In this document: positions 8,659 through 18,439 of the stretch, piece by piece | How the letters are laid out: each line of letters starts with the position of its first letter | How positions within the stretch are numbered: position 1 is the first letter of the stretch | Assembly: GCA_964584895.1 (NCBI GenBank) | Contig: CAZPAW010000001.1 | Span: 37,936-101,935, forward strand | Source: an uncultured Candidatus Saccharibacteria bacterium | GTDB lineage: Bacteria; Patescibacteriota; Saccharimonadia; Saccharimonadales; JAGQNJ01 | Reading direction: 5' to 3' | DNA: 64,000 nucleotides | Made by a program: the position numbers and the translations under genes | The notes under the pieces: model-generated | Told to the model about the DNA's origin: nothing | What the model saw: only the letters and a program-made list of their open reading frames with translations | Database searches by the model: none

Positions 8659-11315
8659 GTTTTGCCGATACTCGTATCGACTGTTAATTTTATTGGAAGT
8701 TTTATGACGTTTTCCATGGTATCTTTTATTAATTTGGCGACAGCTTTAGCTGATTTTTCGGGACACTCTACTATTACACTGTCATGAATCTGAAGCAGCA
8801 TTCTATATTGGTTGTCTGTTGACTGTTTACTAGTAACCGTTAACTCATCCAGCTTTTGCTGAATGTTAATCATAGCCTTTTTCATGATATCGGCCGCACT
8901 TCCCTGAAACGGCATGTTTACTGCCGCCCTATATGCTGATTCGCGTACCATAAAATTAGATGATTTAACATCCGGTGTCGGTCGTCGTCGACCAAAAATA
9001 TTTTCTACATATCCCATGTCATGGGCCTGTTTTTTAACTGATTCTATGTATTGCTGTAATTTTGGTCTTACCTCAAAAAACTTATCAATAAACTCTTTGG
9101 CCTGAGCATATGTCATACCTGTGGCAGACACTAATCCATGCGCACCTAATCCATACATAATTCCAAAGTTAACAACCTTTGCATCTCGACGCATGGATTT
9201 TGTCACATCATCAACTTCGCGACCATAAATCAAGGCGGCGGTTGCCTGATGCACATCAATATCTTCATTAAATTGCCGGATTAATTCTTTGTCGTCAGAT
9301 AAATACGCTGCTAACCTTAATTCAAATTGACTATAATCAGCGCTTACAAGCATATTGCCCTTTTCGGCAACAAACGCTTCACGAATCCTCTTGCCTAGTT
9401 CGGTCCTGACCGGAATATTTTGCAAATTTGGATCAGTCGAGCTTAGCCTACCCGTCTGAGCAATCGTTAAATTAAAGGTTGTGTGGACTCTAGAATCTTT
9501 ATCGATAAGCTGAGGTAAGGTGTCGATATAGGTATTTTTTAATTTTGTAACTTCTCTATACTGACTTATTAGTTCTATTATAGGATGCTGACCACGCAAC
9601 TTATCAAGCTCCTTTGCAGCCGTCGAATACCCGGTCTTACCCTTTTTTATCCCCTCAGTCGGTAACTGCAAATCTTTGAACAAGATATCAGCTAGTTGTG
9701 ACGGACTAGCAATATTAAATTCCTTATCGGCAAAACCATAAATCTCTTGAGTCAAGTCACTAATTTTGTCATCTATCTCTACCGACAGGACGTCCATGTA
9801 CTGTACATCCAGTTTTATACCAGCATTTTCCATCCGTCCAAGTACGGGAATTACTGGCAGCTCAATCGTATTAAAAACCTCTTTTAGCCTTTTATTATCG
9901 GATTTATCAAATTCTTTTACTAAATATTTATATAGTTTTTGTATGACAGATAATTCAAGAATTAGCCTAGCTTCAGCTTCGAGTTCTGTGGCTTCGATTT
10001 CTAAGTCTAAATATTCTCGAGCCAGTTCGGCAGTTGTTTGACTCCTAATTAATGGATTGAGCAAAAAACCAGCAATCTGCGTATCAAAAATTTCACTCTT
10101 TTTTGTATCAACTCCATGTAGCCAGAGACCTTTGAGCAACTTTTTTATATCTGCACTTACAAAATTAGTATTAGAAAGTTGTTTTTGAATATCTTGCTGA
10201 TTCAATAATGACGAAGGTATCCTGTATACTTCAGATTTTGTGTGACTAAACAAATAAAGATTATCTATTTCGTCGCGATTAATATCACTAAAACTAGCCA
10301 TTGCACACACAGACTCGTTATCGCCAAAACCGATAAAGTCCTTTGATTTCTCTATCCTGATTAGCGTTGGGGATTTGATGCCCTGGGCTTTAATCTCTTG
10401 TTTTTCCGTTGATTCGGCTATCTGCATCACCTCTGGCAGTTGTCGCACAAGGCTTCTAAATTGTAAACTCTCTAGCTTGTCTTTCACGGCAATAGGGTCG
10501 CAATTTTTTATATCGAGTGATTTTAAATCTAGTTTTATCGGTGCATCGGTCCAAATAGCTGCTAATTTTTTACTAAGATATGCCAAGTCTTTGCCAGCTT
10601 CGAGTTTCTTGCGTAAGCTATCTTTGATTAAATCTAGGTTCTCGTAAACCTCATCGAGTGTTTTGTATTGTTTTAGTAGCTCAACTGCCCCTTTTTCTCC
10701 AATACCAGGAACACCCGGAATATTGTCTGAACTATCGCCTTTAATAGACTTAAGGTCTAGAAATTGTTTGACTTCAATACCAAATTTTTCACGAAAACTT
10801 TCAGGATGAAAAAGCTCGATATTTGAAAGACCTTTTTTTAACGCATATACATGTACATTGTCGTTAATAACCTGCAACAAATCTAAATCACTGGTCACTA
10901 GAGCAGTATCAATACCTTTATCTTTAGCCTGCACTGCTAACGAGCCCATTATATCGTCAGCTTCATAGTCATCGAGCTCGTAAAGTGGCCAACCAAAGGC
11001 GTCCAAAAGATCATGAAGCAGCGGGATTTGATCGTAAAAATCTGGCGGTGCGGGTTTGCGACCGGCTTTGTATTCTGGGTACAATTCTACTCTTCGACGT
11101 ATATTGGTTTTTTGTTTGTCCCACGCCACACAAACATAATCCGGCTTTAGTTTGCGCATAACCTCTAGCGCCATACTGGCAAAGCCAAAGACTCCACCCG
11201 TCGGCACACCATCTTTTGTACTCAAGTTTGGCATTGCATAATAACCACGATAAAACACACTCTTGCCGTCAATTATCACCAGTCGCTTACGCTCGCCTTT
11301 TTCCTCCTCAACCAT
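8643..11315 (-). CDS. polA: DNA polymerase I
   Basis: 890 aa with a 5' nuclease domain, DYSQFELRLAA (motif A region) and QIHDSVIVE (motif C). Confidence 0.95.
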   Translation of the reverse strand: MVEEEKGERKRLVIIDGKSVFYRGYYAMPNLSTKDGVPTGGVFGFASMALEVMRKLKPDYVCVAWDKQKTNIRRRVELYPEYKAGRKPAPPDFYDQIPLLHDLLDAFGWPLYELDDYEADDIMGSLAVQAKDKGIDTALVTSDLDLLQVINDNVHVYALKKGLSNIELFHPESFREKFGIEVKQFLDLKSIKGDSSDNIPGVPGIGEKGAVELLKQYKTLDEVYENLDLIKDSLRKKLEAGKDLAYLSKKLAAIWTDAPIKLDLKSLDIKNCDPIAVKDKLESLQFRSLVRQLPEVMQIAESTEKQEIKAQGIKSPTLIRIEKSKDFIGFGDNESVCAMASFSDINRDEIDNLYLFSHTKSEVYRIPSSLLNQQDIQKQLSNTNFVSADIKKLLKGLWLHGVDTKKSEIFDTQIAGFLLNPLIRSQTTAELAREYLDLEIEATELEAEARLILELSVIQKLYKYLVKEFDKSDNKRLKEVFNTIELPVIPVLGRMENAGIKLDVQYMDVLSVEIDDKISDLTQEIYGFADKEFNIASPSQLADILFKDLQLPTEGIKKGKTGYSTAAKELDKLRGQHPIIELISQYREVTKLKNTYIDTLPQLIDKDSRVHTTFNLTIAQTGRLSSTDPNLQNIPVRTELGKRIREAFVAEKGNMLVSADYSQFELRLAAYLSDDKELIRQFNEDIDVHQATAALIYGREVDDVTKSMRRDAKVVNFGIMYGLGAHGLVSATGMTYAQAKEFIDKFFEVRPKLQQYIESVKKQAHDMGYVENIFGRRRPTPDVKSSNFMVRESAYRAAVNMPFQGSAADIMKKAMINIQQKLDELTVTSKQSTDNQYRMLLQIHDSVIVECPEKSAKAVAKLIKDTMENVIKLPIKLTVDTSIGKTWGEL

Positions 11316-11349
11316 ACATTAATAGTATACGCTAAGGTATATGGTTATG

Positions 11350-11616
11350 TTATTCGCCGTACCAATAGTCAGGCATATCCCATGCATCTGGATCTAAATC
11401 GGGATCCCTTGACCAGTTAGACCACCCTTCCGGTATTATTCCAAAATTTTCAAGTGTCTCATCATCGAATATCTGAAGCACTCTTTGTCGTTGATCATAA
11501 TCTAGGTCATCATATTCATCGAGCGCTCGTAAATCTTCTTCTGAATATTCTGAATCTGATGCTTCATGCCAATAACCTGCTTTTTCATTTTCGTATTCTC
11601 GTTCAAAATTACTCAT
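11350..11616 (-). CDS. Small highly acidic hypothetical protein
   Basis: 88 aa, rich in Asp/Glu/Trp; overlaps the upstream ATPase gene by 4 nt. Confidence 0.5.
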   Translation of the reverse strand: MSNFEREYENEKAGYWHEASDSEYSEEDLRALDEYDDLDYDQRQRVLQIFDDETLENFGIIPEGWSNWSRDPDLDPDAWDMPDYWYGE

Positions 11617-12245
11617 TTTGTATCTCCTTGTTTTAATTGATTGCTAACTATTTCTGCCACCTTTTCATACTTGTCCTTAAAGTCTTGAGACGGCTCTATG
11701 ATTACCCTGTTGGGATGTGACTGCCACGCCTTACGCGTAGCTTTTTCAGCTTCTAACACATGGGCTATTTCACTTTCTACCCTTATTTGATTGCCCGATG
11801 ATGCCTGGCGATAATGCTTGTCGCCCAGGAATGCCACTGTACCAAGGTGGATAACCACCTTATAGCGATTATGAATTTGTGAAATGTCCGGTATTTTAAA
11901 CCGATCCCTAAATTCATCGACTCCTCTTTTGAAATACGCCGCCTGATCAAGCACTCCTCTGTCGCATACAATTAACCGTTTATCGGTATTTCGGGCAATT
12001 TCTTGATGATTTGCCTCTATCGAATGTTGAAGTGCATACAGCGGATCTTGTAAAGATAGTTGCCATCTCTCGCTGTATGGCAACGCGTCGCTAGGCATCG
12101 GAAAACCTCCCCCAATCAACATATTGGCGGCTTCGGGTACCATTTCGACTTCTTTTCCAAAATCTTGCGCTAGTTGATCCAGCACTCGAGTTTTTCCGGC
12201 GCATGGCCCACCGGTCAAAACAATTTGTGGTATTTCTATACTCAT
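11613..12245 (-). CDS. P-loop ATPase (AAA_28/NadR-kinase-like)
   Basis: Walker A LTGGPCAGKTRVL and Walker B-like LIVCDRG. Confidence 0.65.
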   Translation of the reverse strand: MSIEIPQIVLTGGPCAGKTRVLDQLAQDFGKEVEMVPEAANMLIGGGFPMPSDALPYSERWQLSLQDPLYALQHSIEANHQEIARNTDKRLIVCDRGVLDQAAYFKRGVDEFRDRFKIPDISQIHNRYKVVIHLGTVAFLGDKHYRQASSGNQIRVESEIAHVLEAEKATRKAWQSHPNRVIIEPSQDFKDKYEKVAEIVSNQLKQGDTK

Positions 12246-12269
12246 TTTTTTCTCCTGATTATTAATTGG

Positions 12270-13016
12270 TTACATTGTTTGTTCATTTTCGCCTTTAGTT
12301 TTATCCCGATGCTCTGATACTTTTTTGAACAGGTCATCGCTTCCCTCATTAACATCAGGGTGGAGTCTTTTTAGTAGAGTCTTTATTATTTTTTTCTGAG
12401 CCTTAGCCGGTTCAAGATCGGCAAGCGATTCTCCCATTTCGCCGATTATGCTATCCACTTCTTTCTCTAGCCACAGGTACTCGGTCAGCACGATCGTAGT
12501 TGCTCCGTTTAGCCAATCTAGTATTTGAGTTTTTATCTCTATCCCAGCTTCAGTTTGCTCGAAGACCGGTTCTTCGTACTCAACTTTTGAATCGAAGACG
12601 CTTGGGTCTACGACAGTCTCAGGATCTTCTCTTAGTCGGTTGGCATATGCCTCTAGCTCTAATCGAGTCCTTTCCTCATTCGATGACCAAGTTGTATCCG
12701 AATCTAATGATTCGTCGCCATCATAGAAATGAATATTTTGAAACCGGAATGATATTGGTTCGTATCTAGAGATTTTTAGCGTTCTATAAGTATCGCGCCA
12801 AGCCCCGTCATAAGATTGTGTGATGCTAATTGTTATTGGGTCTATAGATTGGGGTGGCTCAACTGTAATATGTCGTCCTAAAAGCCAAGCTTCTAAATTG
12901 CCCAATCTATCTGTATATGAACGATTTCTAATCTCGTTAAGCGCACCAATTTTGAGTTTTTTGCATATTGATAACTGATTCGAATGGTTCTTTAAGGGTA
13001 AAATGCAGTTTTTCAC
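12270..13016 (-). CDS. J-domain-like protein, probably the 3' portion of a gene split by the integrated element (first ~24 codons element-derived)
   Basis: C-terminal KKIIKTLLKRLHPDVNEGSDDLFKKV carries an HPD J-domain signature. The 5' 80 nt overlap the recombinase gene, and there is no internal Met for about 190 codons. Confidence 0.5.
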   Translation of the reverse strand: MKNCILPLKNHSNQLSICKKLKIGALNEIRNRSYTDRLGNLEAWLLGRHITVEPPQSIDPITISITQSYDGAWRDTYRTLKISRYEPISFRFQNIHFYDGDESLDSDTTWSSNEERTRLELEAYANRLREDPETVVDPSVFDSKVEYEEPVFEQTEAGIEIKTQILDWLNGATTIVLTEYLWLEKEVDSIIGEMGESLADLEPAKAQKKIIKTLLKRLHPDVNEGSDDLFKKVSEHRDKTKGENEQTM

Positions 13017-14481
13017 CCTCTAAAGTCGCATTCGAAAGTATGAAGTCGAGCAGATAGCGTTTTTGCTCCACTTTCGAAGATTCCGCATCAAATAGTTCGA
13101 CTGCTCGGCTGCATACATCTAATAAGTAGCTCGCACCGATAACGAATGCCTTGTCGCCATCGCTATGGTCTTGTACTTCATCGAGGATTTCTTTTTGGCG
13201 TACCTCGATTTTCTTAGTCATACGCTCGAAAATATCATGCCGAGAAGCGAATTGCTTACGGTCTTTGAATAGCTCCTCAAGTTCTTCATCTAGCTTGTCA
13301 TACTCTGCTTGAAGCGATTGTTTCTTTTTCGTATAAAACTCCTGCTCCTTAGCGTGGTTCTTTTCAATCTCTTTAATTAATTCTGGGAGCTTGTCCTTCG
13401 GGAGCTGAATAGAGCGTAGAAGTTCACGAATTTGGTCATATAGGACTGATTCATTAAACCATTGTGCACCGTGCTTACCGCCATATTCCGTACACTTGCC
13501 ATAGACATTATTGCCTTTGCCTTTTGGTCCATCGAATGTAATGGAATAGCCACATTCATGACATCTTAGTCGCTTAAATAAGAATGGTTTACTGTTGTAC
13601 TTGGTTTTATTTTGTCCACGCTGGTTATTTACATCCTGAACTTTGTCCCAAAGCCACGGCTCAATAATTGACGGGTAGGTGTGTTCATATTCAACATCAT
13701 GAAACTTCATGCGTCCAACATAGAAGGGATTTTCAAGTATCTTTGCCCACTGACTTGTGCCAATTGGCTTCCCTTTGTCGCGGCTTCTTAGACCCTTCTT
13801 CTTCATCATTTTTGCAATCACTTTATATGGCAAACCAGTGGAACGATGCTCAAAACCTTCTTTAATTAAGTGGTCGCGTTCAGGGTCGAGACGAATACCC
13901 TTGAATATCACTTTTCCTTTTGCGTCGTGTTCCTGAAAATTCTCATAGCCAATTGGTGCCCGTCCTATCCATATGCCATCGTTAACTAGTTGGTCGAAAC
14001 GACGCTTAACATTATCACGAATAGCTGCTGAGTAGTACCCAGCTAGTGCAATGTTTACGTCTAGCTGAAACCACTCTGTGGCGGACGAGTCCTTATTCAT
14101 AATTAGGTGGTCATGCGGGAAGTGGAGCTCAATCTTATTCTCACGACATAACCTAACGAGTGCTACTTTTTCATCACCAGATGAATCGCGACTAAATCGG
14201 TCAACTTTGTCAAAAACGACAACTATCGGTTCAGTCTGTTTAGTTTTAGCTATTGGCTCAAGGACTAATTCCTTAAATCGTTTTCGCTCTTTTGACTTAA
14301 ATGCCGTCTCGTCGAACTCAACATATGTACAATCTCTACCGACAACCCAACCTTTTTTTCTCGCATATTCCTTCACGCGTCGCTTTTGTGCAGGAAGCGA
14401 CTCTATCTGCTTTACATCCGATACTCGTGCTACTAAATAATTCATTGTTGTATTCCTTACATTATTATAAATGCTTACCAT
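12937..14481 (-). CDS. Large serine recombinase/integrase (probable start Met13 at 14445, RBS AAGGA)
   Basis: YLVARVSDVKQ (catalytic Ser), VDRFSRD, a recombinase domain, zinc ribbon CHECGY...YGKC and a coiled-coil region. Confidence 0.9.
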   Translation of the reverse strand: MVSIYNNVRNTTMNYLVARVSDVKQIESLPAQKRRVKEYARKKGWVVGRDCTYVEFDETAFKSKERKRFKELVLEPIAKTKQTEPIVVVFDKVDRFSRDSSGDEKVALVRLCRENKIELHFPHDHLIMNKDSSATEWFQLDVNIALAGYYSAAIRDNVKRRFDQLVNDGIWIGRAPIGYENFQEHDAKGKVIFKGIRLDPERDHLIKEGFEHRSTGLPYKVIAKMMKKKGLRSRDKGKPIGTSQWAKILENPFYVGRMKFHDVEYEHTYPSIIEPWLWDKVQDVNNQRGQNKTKYNSKPFLFKRLRCHECGYSITFDGPKGKGNNVYGKCTEYGGKHGAQWFNESVLYDQIRELLRSIQLPKDKLPELIKEIEKNHAKEQEFYTKKKQSLQAEYDKLDEELEELFKDRKQFASRHDIFERMTKKIEVRQKEILDEVQDHSDGDKAFVIGASYLLDVCSRAVELFDAESSKVEQKRYLLDFILSNATLEGEKLHFTLKEPFESVINMQKTQNWCA

Positions 14482-14498
14482 TCAAATCTCTACTTATG

Positions 14499-14519
14499 GG
14501 AGGGGCTTAATGCCCCTCC
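14499..14519. other. Perfect 8-bp GC-rich hairpin (GGAGGGGC-TTAAT-GCCCCTCC) between the two recombinase-related ORFs
   Basis: Inverted repeat read directly; no U-tract on either strand. Confidence 0.6.
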
Positions 14520-14521
14520 GC

Positions 14522-14959
14522 TTACATAGCCAGCCTTTCGGTGATTACTCGATATTCAGCCTCGTTCATAAGCGGCTCGTGCAAGCCATGGTATATCTTG
14601 CCTTCATAGCTAATTTTGCCCCTATAAAAAGGATTATTTATCACCCCATAGACTTGTCGCCGAGTAGCTCGTGGACTAATCAGTTTTGCTACTTCGTCTA
14701 TAAAGCTCTCTTTTGATTTATCATCGAGAAAATCTTCTATAAGTTTTTGCAGGGCACGACCCTTGCGGTTAATCTTCATAACTTTTGTTTTGAAATTGGG
14801 ACTGTAGCCAAACGGTGGTCTGCTTACCCAGTAACCGCTTTCGGCTCTGTTGCGTAATCGTTGCATAATACGCTCCCTGCTGTGTTCTGCGGCGACCGTT
14901 TTCATATACCCATTTAGTATTTCAGAAAACTCTTCTGCACTTACTTTTTGGCTTGTCAT
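14522..14959 (-). CDS. Stand-alone 'Recombinase' (PF07508-like) domain protein lacking the catalytic resolvase domain and zinc ribbon
   Basis: ESGYWVSRPPFGY ... VYGVINNPFYRGKISYEG matches the recombinase-domain pattern of large serine recombinases. It is only 145 aa. Confidence 0.6.
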   Translation of the reverse strand: MTSQKVSAEEFSEILNGYMKTVAAEHSRERIMQRLRNRAESGYWVSRPPFGYSPNFKTKVMKINRKGRALQKLIEDFLDDKSKESFIDEVAKLISPRATRRQVYGVINNPFYRGKISYEGKIYHGLHEPLMNEAEYRVITERLAM

Positions 14960-15153
14960 TTCGTTAATTCCTCCGTATTTGAGTTAGTTAGTTTCTCCAA
15001 TTCTTTTTGCTGCATGTCCATCTGGATGAGCGTCTCCATAAAGTTCACTAGATTAGCCATTGCTTCCTCATCCGACTTTTGCACATCAGACTTGTTTCCG
15101 AGAAAACGACTATTACTATTAGATGCTCGTTTATTCGTTTCCGTATTACTCAT
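14956..15153 (-). CDS. Small hypothetical protein
   Basis: 65-aa ORF overlapping both neighbours by 4 nt and 8 nt, consistent with operon coupling. Confidence 0.4.
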   Translation of the reverse strand: MSNTETNKRASNSNSRFLGNKSDVQKSDEEAMANLVNFMETLIQMDMQQKELEKLTNSNTEELTK

Positions 15154-16216
15154 CAGGCTGTTCCTCTAGCCAGTAATACTTGGAGCTGCCTCGTCCTTTG
15201 GTAGGTTGTGGTAACGCTCCCTCTGCAACCCAGCGATTGAGTAGCTTGCGTAAATCATGCTCGTTGGTTGCAACACTCCGCTCCGTCAACTTTTCTAATA
15301 GGTCAATTTGTCGTAGTTGCTTATGCTCCGTTAGTAGGTCAACTACAGCAGGTAGCAAAATAGCGGATTTTTCTGGCGGTCGCCTAAAGACGCCTAGGTA
15401 TTCAAAGCTAAAGTTATCCTCGTCTACGTTGACCTTTACTTGGAAGGGGTCAAGCTCGACATCATATCGTTGCTTTTCTTGCGTAAATGTCAAATAGAAC
15501 TTTTCTTTACGACTAACGCCAACATGGCTATCAACGGCAGCTAAAATATCGCTACTTCCACGCATCTCGTTACCCGCTCCCGTGTTCATTGTTCCCATTT
15601 TGCGGTGATGTTGGGTCACAAGTATAGCTACGTCTTTTTTCGTAAAGCTCCGTAGCTTTTGAAACACCTTAGACATATCTCTGGCACTGTTTTCATCGGC
15701 ACCGTGTACTCGGATGAGGGCGTCAATAATGACCAATCCGATGTTATTCTCGGAACAAAAGTCCAGCACCTGGTCTATATGGCTATCATCGAGCTGAAAT
15801 CCTCCAAACGATGAAACATAGATAGGTAGGTCTTCGGCTGCATGTAGCTGCTTGAGACGCTTTTGCATAAGACGCTCACCATTCTCTTCGTCGATGATGA
15901 GTACGCCTGTTTTCTGTGTGTTAAATTGTCCGAAAAGCGGTTCACCTTTTGCGGCTGCGAGTGCTATTTCTAGTAATGTGTATGTTTTGAATGAGCGTGA
16001 TTGCCCCGATAGAATAGTAATAGAGGAAGCAGGTATTAGCCTGTCTACTATGTATTCTTGGTCGGGAAAATCCTTAGCCATTAGCTGGCCTATTTCTTTT
16101 ACTTCGAACATTGCTGTTCTCCTTCGATATGCGAGAGACCGACTAGCGCGAGCACCATTTAGTATTTGGTTTGCTAGAAGGTCTCTTAAAAAGTGCTCTA
16201 TCTTCACGATACGCAC
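15146..16216 (-). CDS. RepA/AAA_25-like RecA-fold ATPase with a C-terminal winged-helix-like region (probable start at 16111, RBS AAGGAG)
   Basis: ITILSGQSRSFKTYTLLEIALAAAKGEP (atypical Walker A, G-x4-FKT), VLIIDEENG (Walker B) and VTQHHRK. Confidence 0.7.
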   Translation of the reverse strand: MRIVKIEHFLRDLLANQILNGARASRSLAYRRRTAMFEVKEIGQLMAKDFPDQEYIVDRLIPASSITILSGQSRSFKTYTLLEIALAAAKGEPLFGQFNTQKTGVLIIDEENGERLMQKRLKQLHAAEDLPIYVSSFGGFQLDDSHIDQVLDFCSENNIGLVIIDALIRVHGADENSARDMSKVFQKLRSFTKKDVAILVTQHHRKMGTMNTGAGNEMRGSSDILAAVDSHVGVSRKEKFYLTFTQEKQRYDVELDPFQVKVNVDEDNFSFEYLGVFRRPPEKSAILLPAVVDLLTEHKQLRQIDLLEKLTERSVATNEHDLRKLLNRWVAEGALPQPTKGRGSSKYYWLEEQPDE

Positions 16217-16291
16217 ATACGAAGGAGATTAATTTGAGCTACGAAATGTCCCGGCCAGAGACTAGCCGTAACAGATATAAAAACTATGCAA

Positions 16292-17143
16292 TCACGAATT
16301 ATTTACGATTTTACTACTGAGTATTTTTAAGTGCTGATTAAAGTCATCTTGCTGCTCTTTGGTGAGGTTTACTTGAGGCGTAAAACGAACCCGTTTTTCA
16401 CTAATGCCGTCAAAGAAAATAGCCTTCAACTTTTTGCCAAATCCAAGATAACGAACCTGCTCACCCAAATCGTCATAGGTCGCACACCCGTTAAGGGCTT
16501 TAACATCGGCTAGAGCAACTGTTCTTTCGGTATGACTTTGTAGATAGTGCATGAAGTTGTAAAGTCCGCCGTCAAGACGAACTCTCTTTTGCAAGATTAA
16601 CTCTCCATCGGTATAGCCAACCAGCACTTTAGTGCCGTCGAACTTCACACAAGCAGTTGATGACATTTTGCTTACTTTAGGGGTACTATCTTGCGTTGGT
16701 GGTGAGTAGTTATTGTCAAGATATGGCTTTGCTGCCTCGATATACTTCTCATAATATTTAAGAAATTTGGTTAAATTAGGCTCGACTTTAAAGCCTCTAA
16801 TCATATCAATCGGGTGATTTAATCCGACGTCTTCTTTGGCCGAATCAACCTCAAAACGTCGAATAACGCCCTTGTCTCGTAGTAATTCAAGAACTTTCAA
16901 TTTACCACTTGCTATATTCATACCAAAACTTGGTATTTCACGGATATCTCCATAAAATCCATCAAACCATTGCTCTTCATCTAGCGGGTCAAATTGTGCC
17001 CAGTAGTAAGCGTTTGGGGTCTCTGCCTGTATAGTAACTGAATTGTTACTTTTCTGGCCCTGCAAGCCATCTTTAATATCTTGGAGAACCATAGCTGTTA
17101 GCATGATTTTTTCGTCAGGTTTTTCAAAAGTTTTATCGGACAT
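16292..17143 (-). CDS. Hypothetical protein, first gene of the leftward element operon
   Basis: 283-aa ORF with no motif I can recognise. Confidence 0.5.
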   Translation of the reverse strand: MSDKTFEKPDEKIMLTAMVLQDIKDGLQGQKSNNSVTIQAETPNAYYWAQFDPLDEEQWFDGFYGDIREIPSFGMNIASGKLKVLELLRDKGVIRRFEVDSAKEDVGLNHPIDMIRGFKVEPNLTKFLKYYEKYIEAAKPYLDNNYSPPTQDSTPKVSKMSSTACVKFDGTKVLVGYTDGELILQKRVRLDGGLYNFMHYLQSHTERTVALADVKALNGCATYDDLGEQVRYLGFGKKLKAIFFDGISEKRVRFTPQVNLTKEQQDDFNQHLKILSSKIVNNS

Positions 17144-17308
17144 TCTATGACCATTTTACCAATTTATTCCATATTTCTAAAAAACAGCAAAAAGTCGTAA
17201 AGTCCACAGTAAACCGACAGTTATTGCAATAAAACTTTATAATAAAAACTCCTAAAAACGACCTTTTCGCCACAACGTAATTTTGTGAAAAATACTATAT
17301 AATAAAAG

Positions 17309-17414
17309 GGCTTAAACCAATTTCAGGAAGAGTAGTATTTGCTACTTGATTTGTGTCATATAGTCGGCACTCGTCAATAAGCATTTGGACACAAATCCTG
17401 ATGTTGGTTTAAGC
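17309..17414. promoter_or_regulatory. Nested inverted-repeat region in the divergent control region of the element
   Basis: Outer GCTTAAACC (17310-17318) pairs with GGTTTAAGC (17406-17414). Inner GATTTGTGTC (17348-17357) pairs with GACACAAATC (17388-17397). There is also AGTAG/CTACT (17331-17346). Confidence 0.55.
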
Positions 17415-17483
17415 ACCTAGGCGAGTGTCGATTTTATTTGAGCTCGTTTAGGCGAATAAATTAACAGCCTAAGGAGGGCTCAA

Positions 17484-18038
17484 ATGAATACAAAAGAGAA
17501 AAAGTCAGTATTTAAGCGGTGGTGGTTCTGGGTCATTGTCGTTATCGTACTCATCGGTATCGGCGGTGCGGCAGGTGGCAACAAGGGCGATACCGCAACC
17601 AACACGGGTAGCAACGGCTCACAAGACCAAAAAGCAGAGGAAAAGACCGAGTTCAAGGTTGGCGAAACAGCGAGCTTCGATAACAAGACAATTACCGTTA
17701 CCGATGTACAACGCAACTACGATACTGGTAACCAGTTTGCTCAACCGGAGTCTGGCAAAGAGTTCGTTATTGTAACCGTTAATATCGTGAATAATAGTGA
17801 TTCTAACCTTGACTACAATACTTTTGAGTTCAAGATGCAGGACTCTAACGGCGTTCAGCAGAGTGAAGCGATTACCGCTCTTTCAGAAGGAAAGCTCAAC
17901 AGTGGCTCACTCGCCAAAGGTGGTAAAGTTACCGGCAAGCTCGCCTATGAAGTTCCGAAAGATGACGCAGGTTTGAAACTCCTGTACCAGAACTTTAGCT
18001 TCTTCGACAACAAGGCCATTACATTTAATTTGCAATAG
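17484..18038 (+). CDS. DUF4352-like membrane-anchored Ig-fold protein
   Basis: N-terminal TM helix, then FKVGETASFDNKTITVTDV ... EFVIVTVNIVNNS ... GKVTGKLAYEVPKD; RBS AAGGAGG. Confidence 0.75.
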   Translation: MNTKEKKSVFKRWWFWVIVVIVLIGIGGAAGGNKGDTATNTGSNGSQDQKAEEKTEFKVGETASFDNKTITVTDVQRNYDTGNQFAQPESGKEFVIVTVNIVNNSDSNLDYNTFEFKMQDSNGVQQSEAITALSEGKLNSGSLAKGGKVTGKLAYEVPKDDAGLKLLYQNFSFFDNKAITFNLQ

Positions 18039-18058
18039 CAGCGCAATAGCAGGAAGAA

Positions 18059-18084
18059 CACCCGCTTTGATAGGCGGGTTTTCT
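18059..18084 (+). terminator. Rho-independent terminator after the DUF4352 gene
   Basis: CCCGC-tttgatag-GCGGG followed by TTTT. Confidence 0.65.
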
Positions 18085-18130
18085 GTATCTCTATATTGAG
18101 CTGTTCTGACAAAGCAAATATTATTAACAT

Positions 18131-18439
18131 ATGAAGCCGATTCGTTCATTCCGTGCAATCTGTCGAGACTACAGACTAACTCCATTACAGACCGACACAT
18201 TACAGTCCCTCGTAGACCAGCGTAGAGGCGTCTTACATCCGTACTGGATTCAGTTGGCACTCTTTGTACCATACGACTTCGCCAAGCGTTTATATGACGA
18301 GTTAATCGAGAATGAGTGGGCGGTACCTGATGAGGTCGAAATTGACGACACTGTTTATGAGTCTGAACTAACTGATAGTGAGATAGAAATCATTGCCGGT
18401 ATTGAACTGCGAGCTAGTAGCCATTTCTCATCGCATTAA
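18131..18439 (+). CDS. Hypothetical protein (weak call)
   Basis: ORF only, no clear RBS; converges on and overlaps 18414-18647. Confidence 0.3.
   Translation: MKPIRSFRAICRDYRLTPLQTDTLQSLVDQRRGVLHPYWIQLALFVPYDFAKRLYDELIENEWAVPDEVEIDDTVYESELTDSEIEIIAGIELRASSHFSSH

Noticed and set aside
8914-10647. Plus-strand ORFs inside polA (8914-9105, 9766-10041, 10375-10647)
   Set aside because: They are antisense shadows of a well-supported 890-aa gene, with Ser/Leu/Ile-rich low-complexity translations and no RBS.
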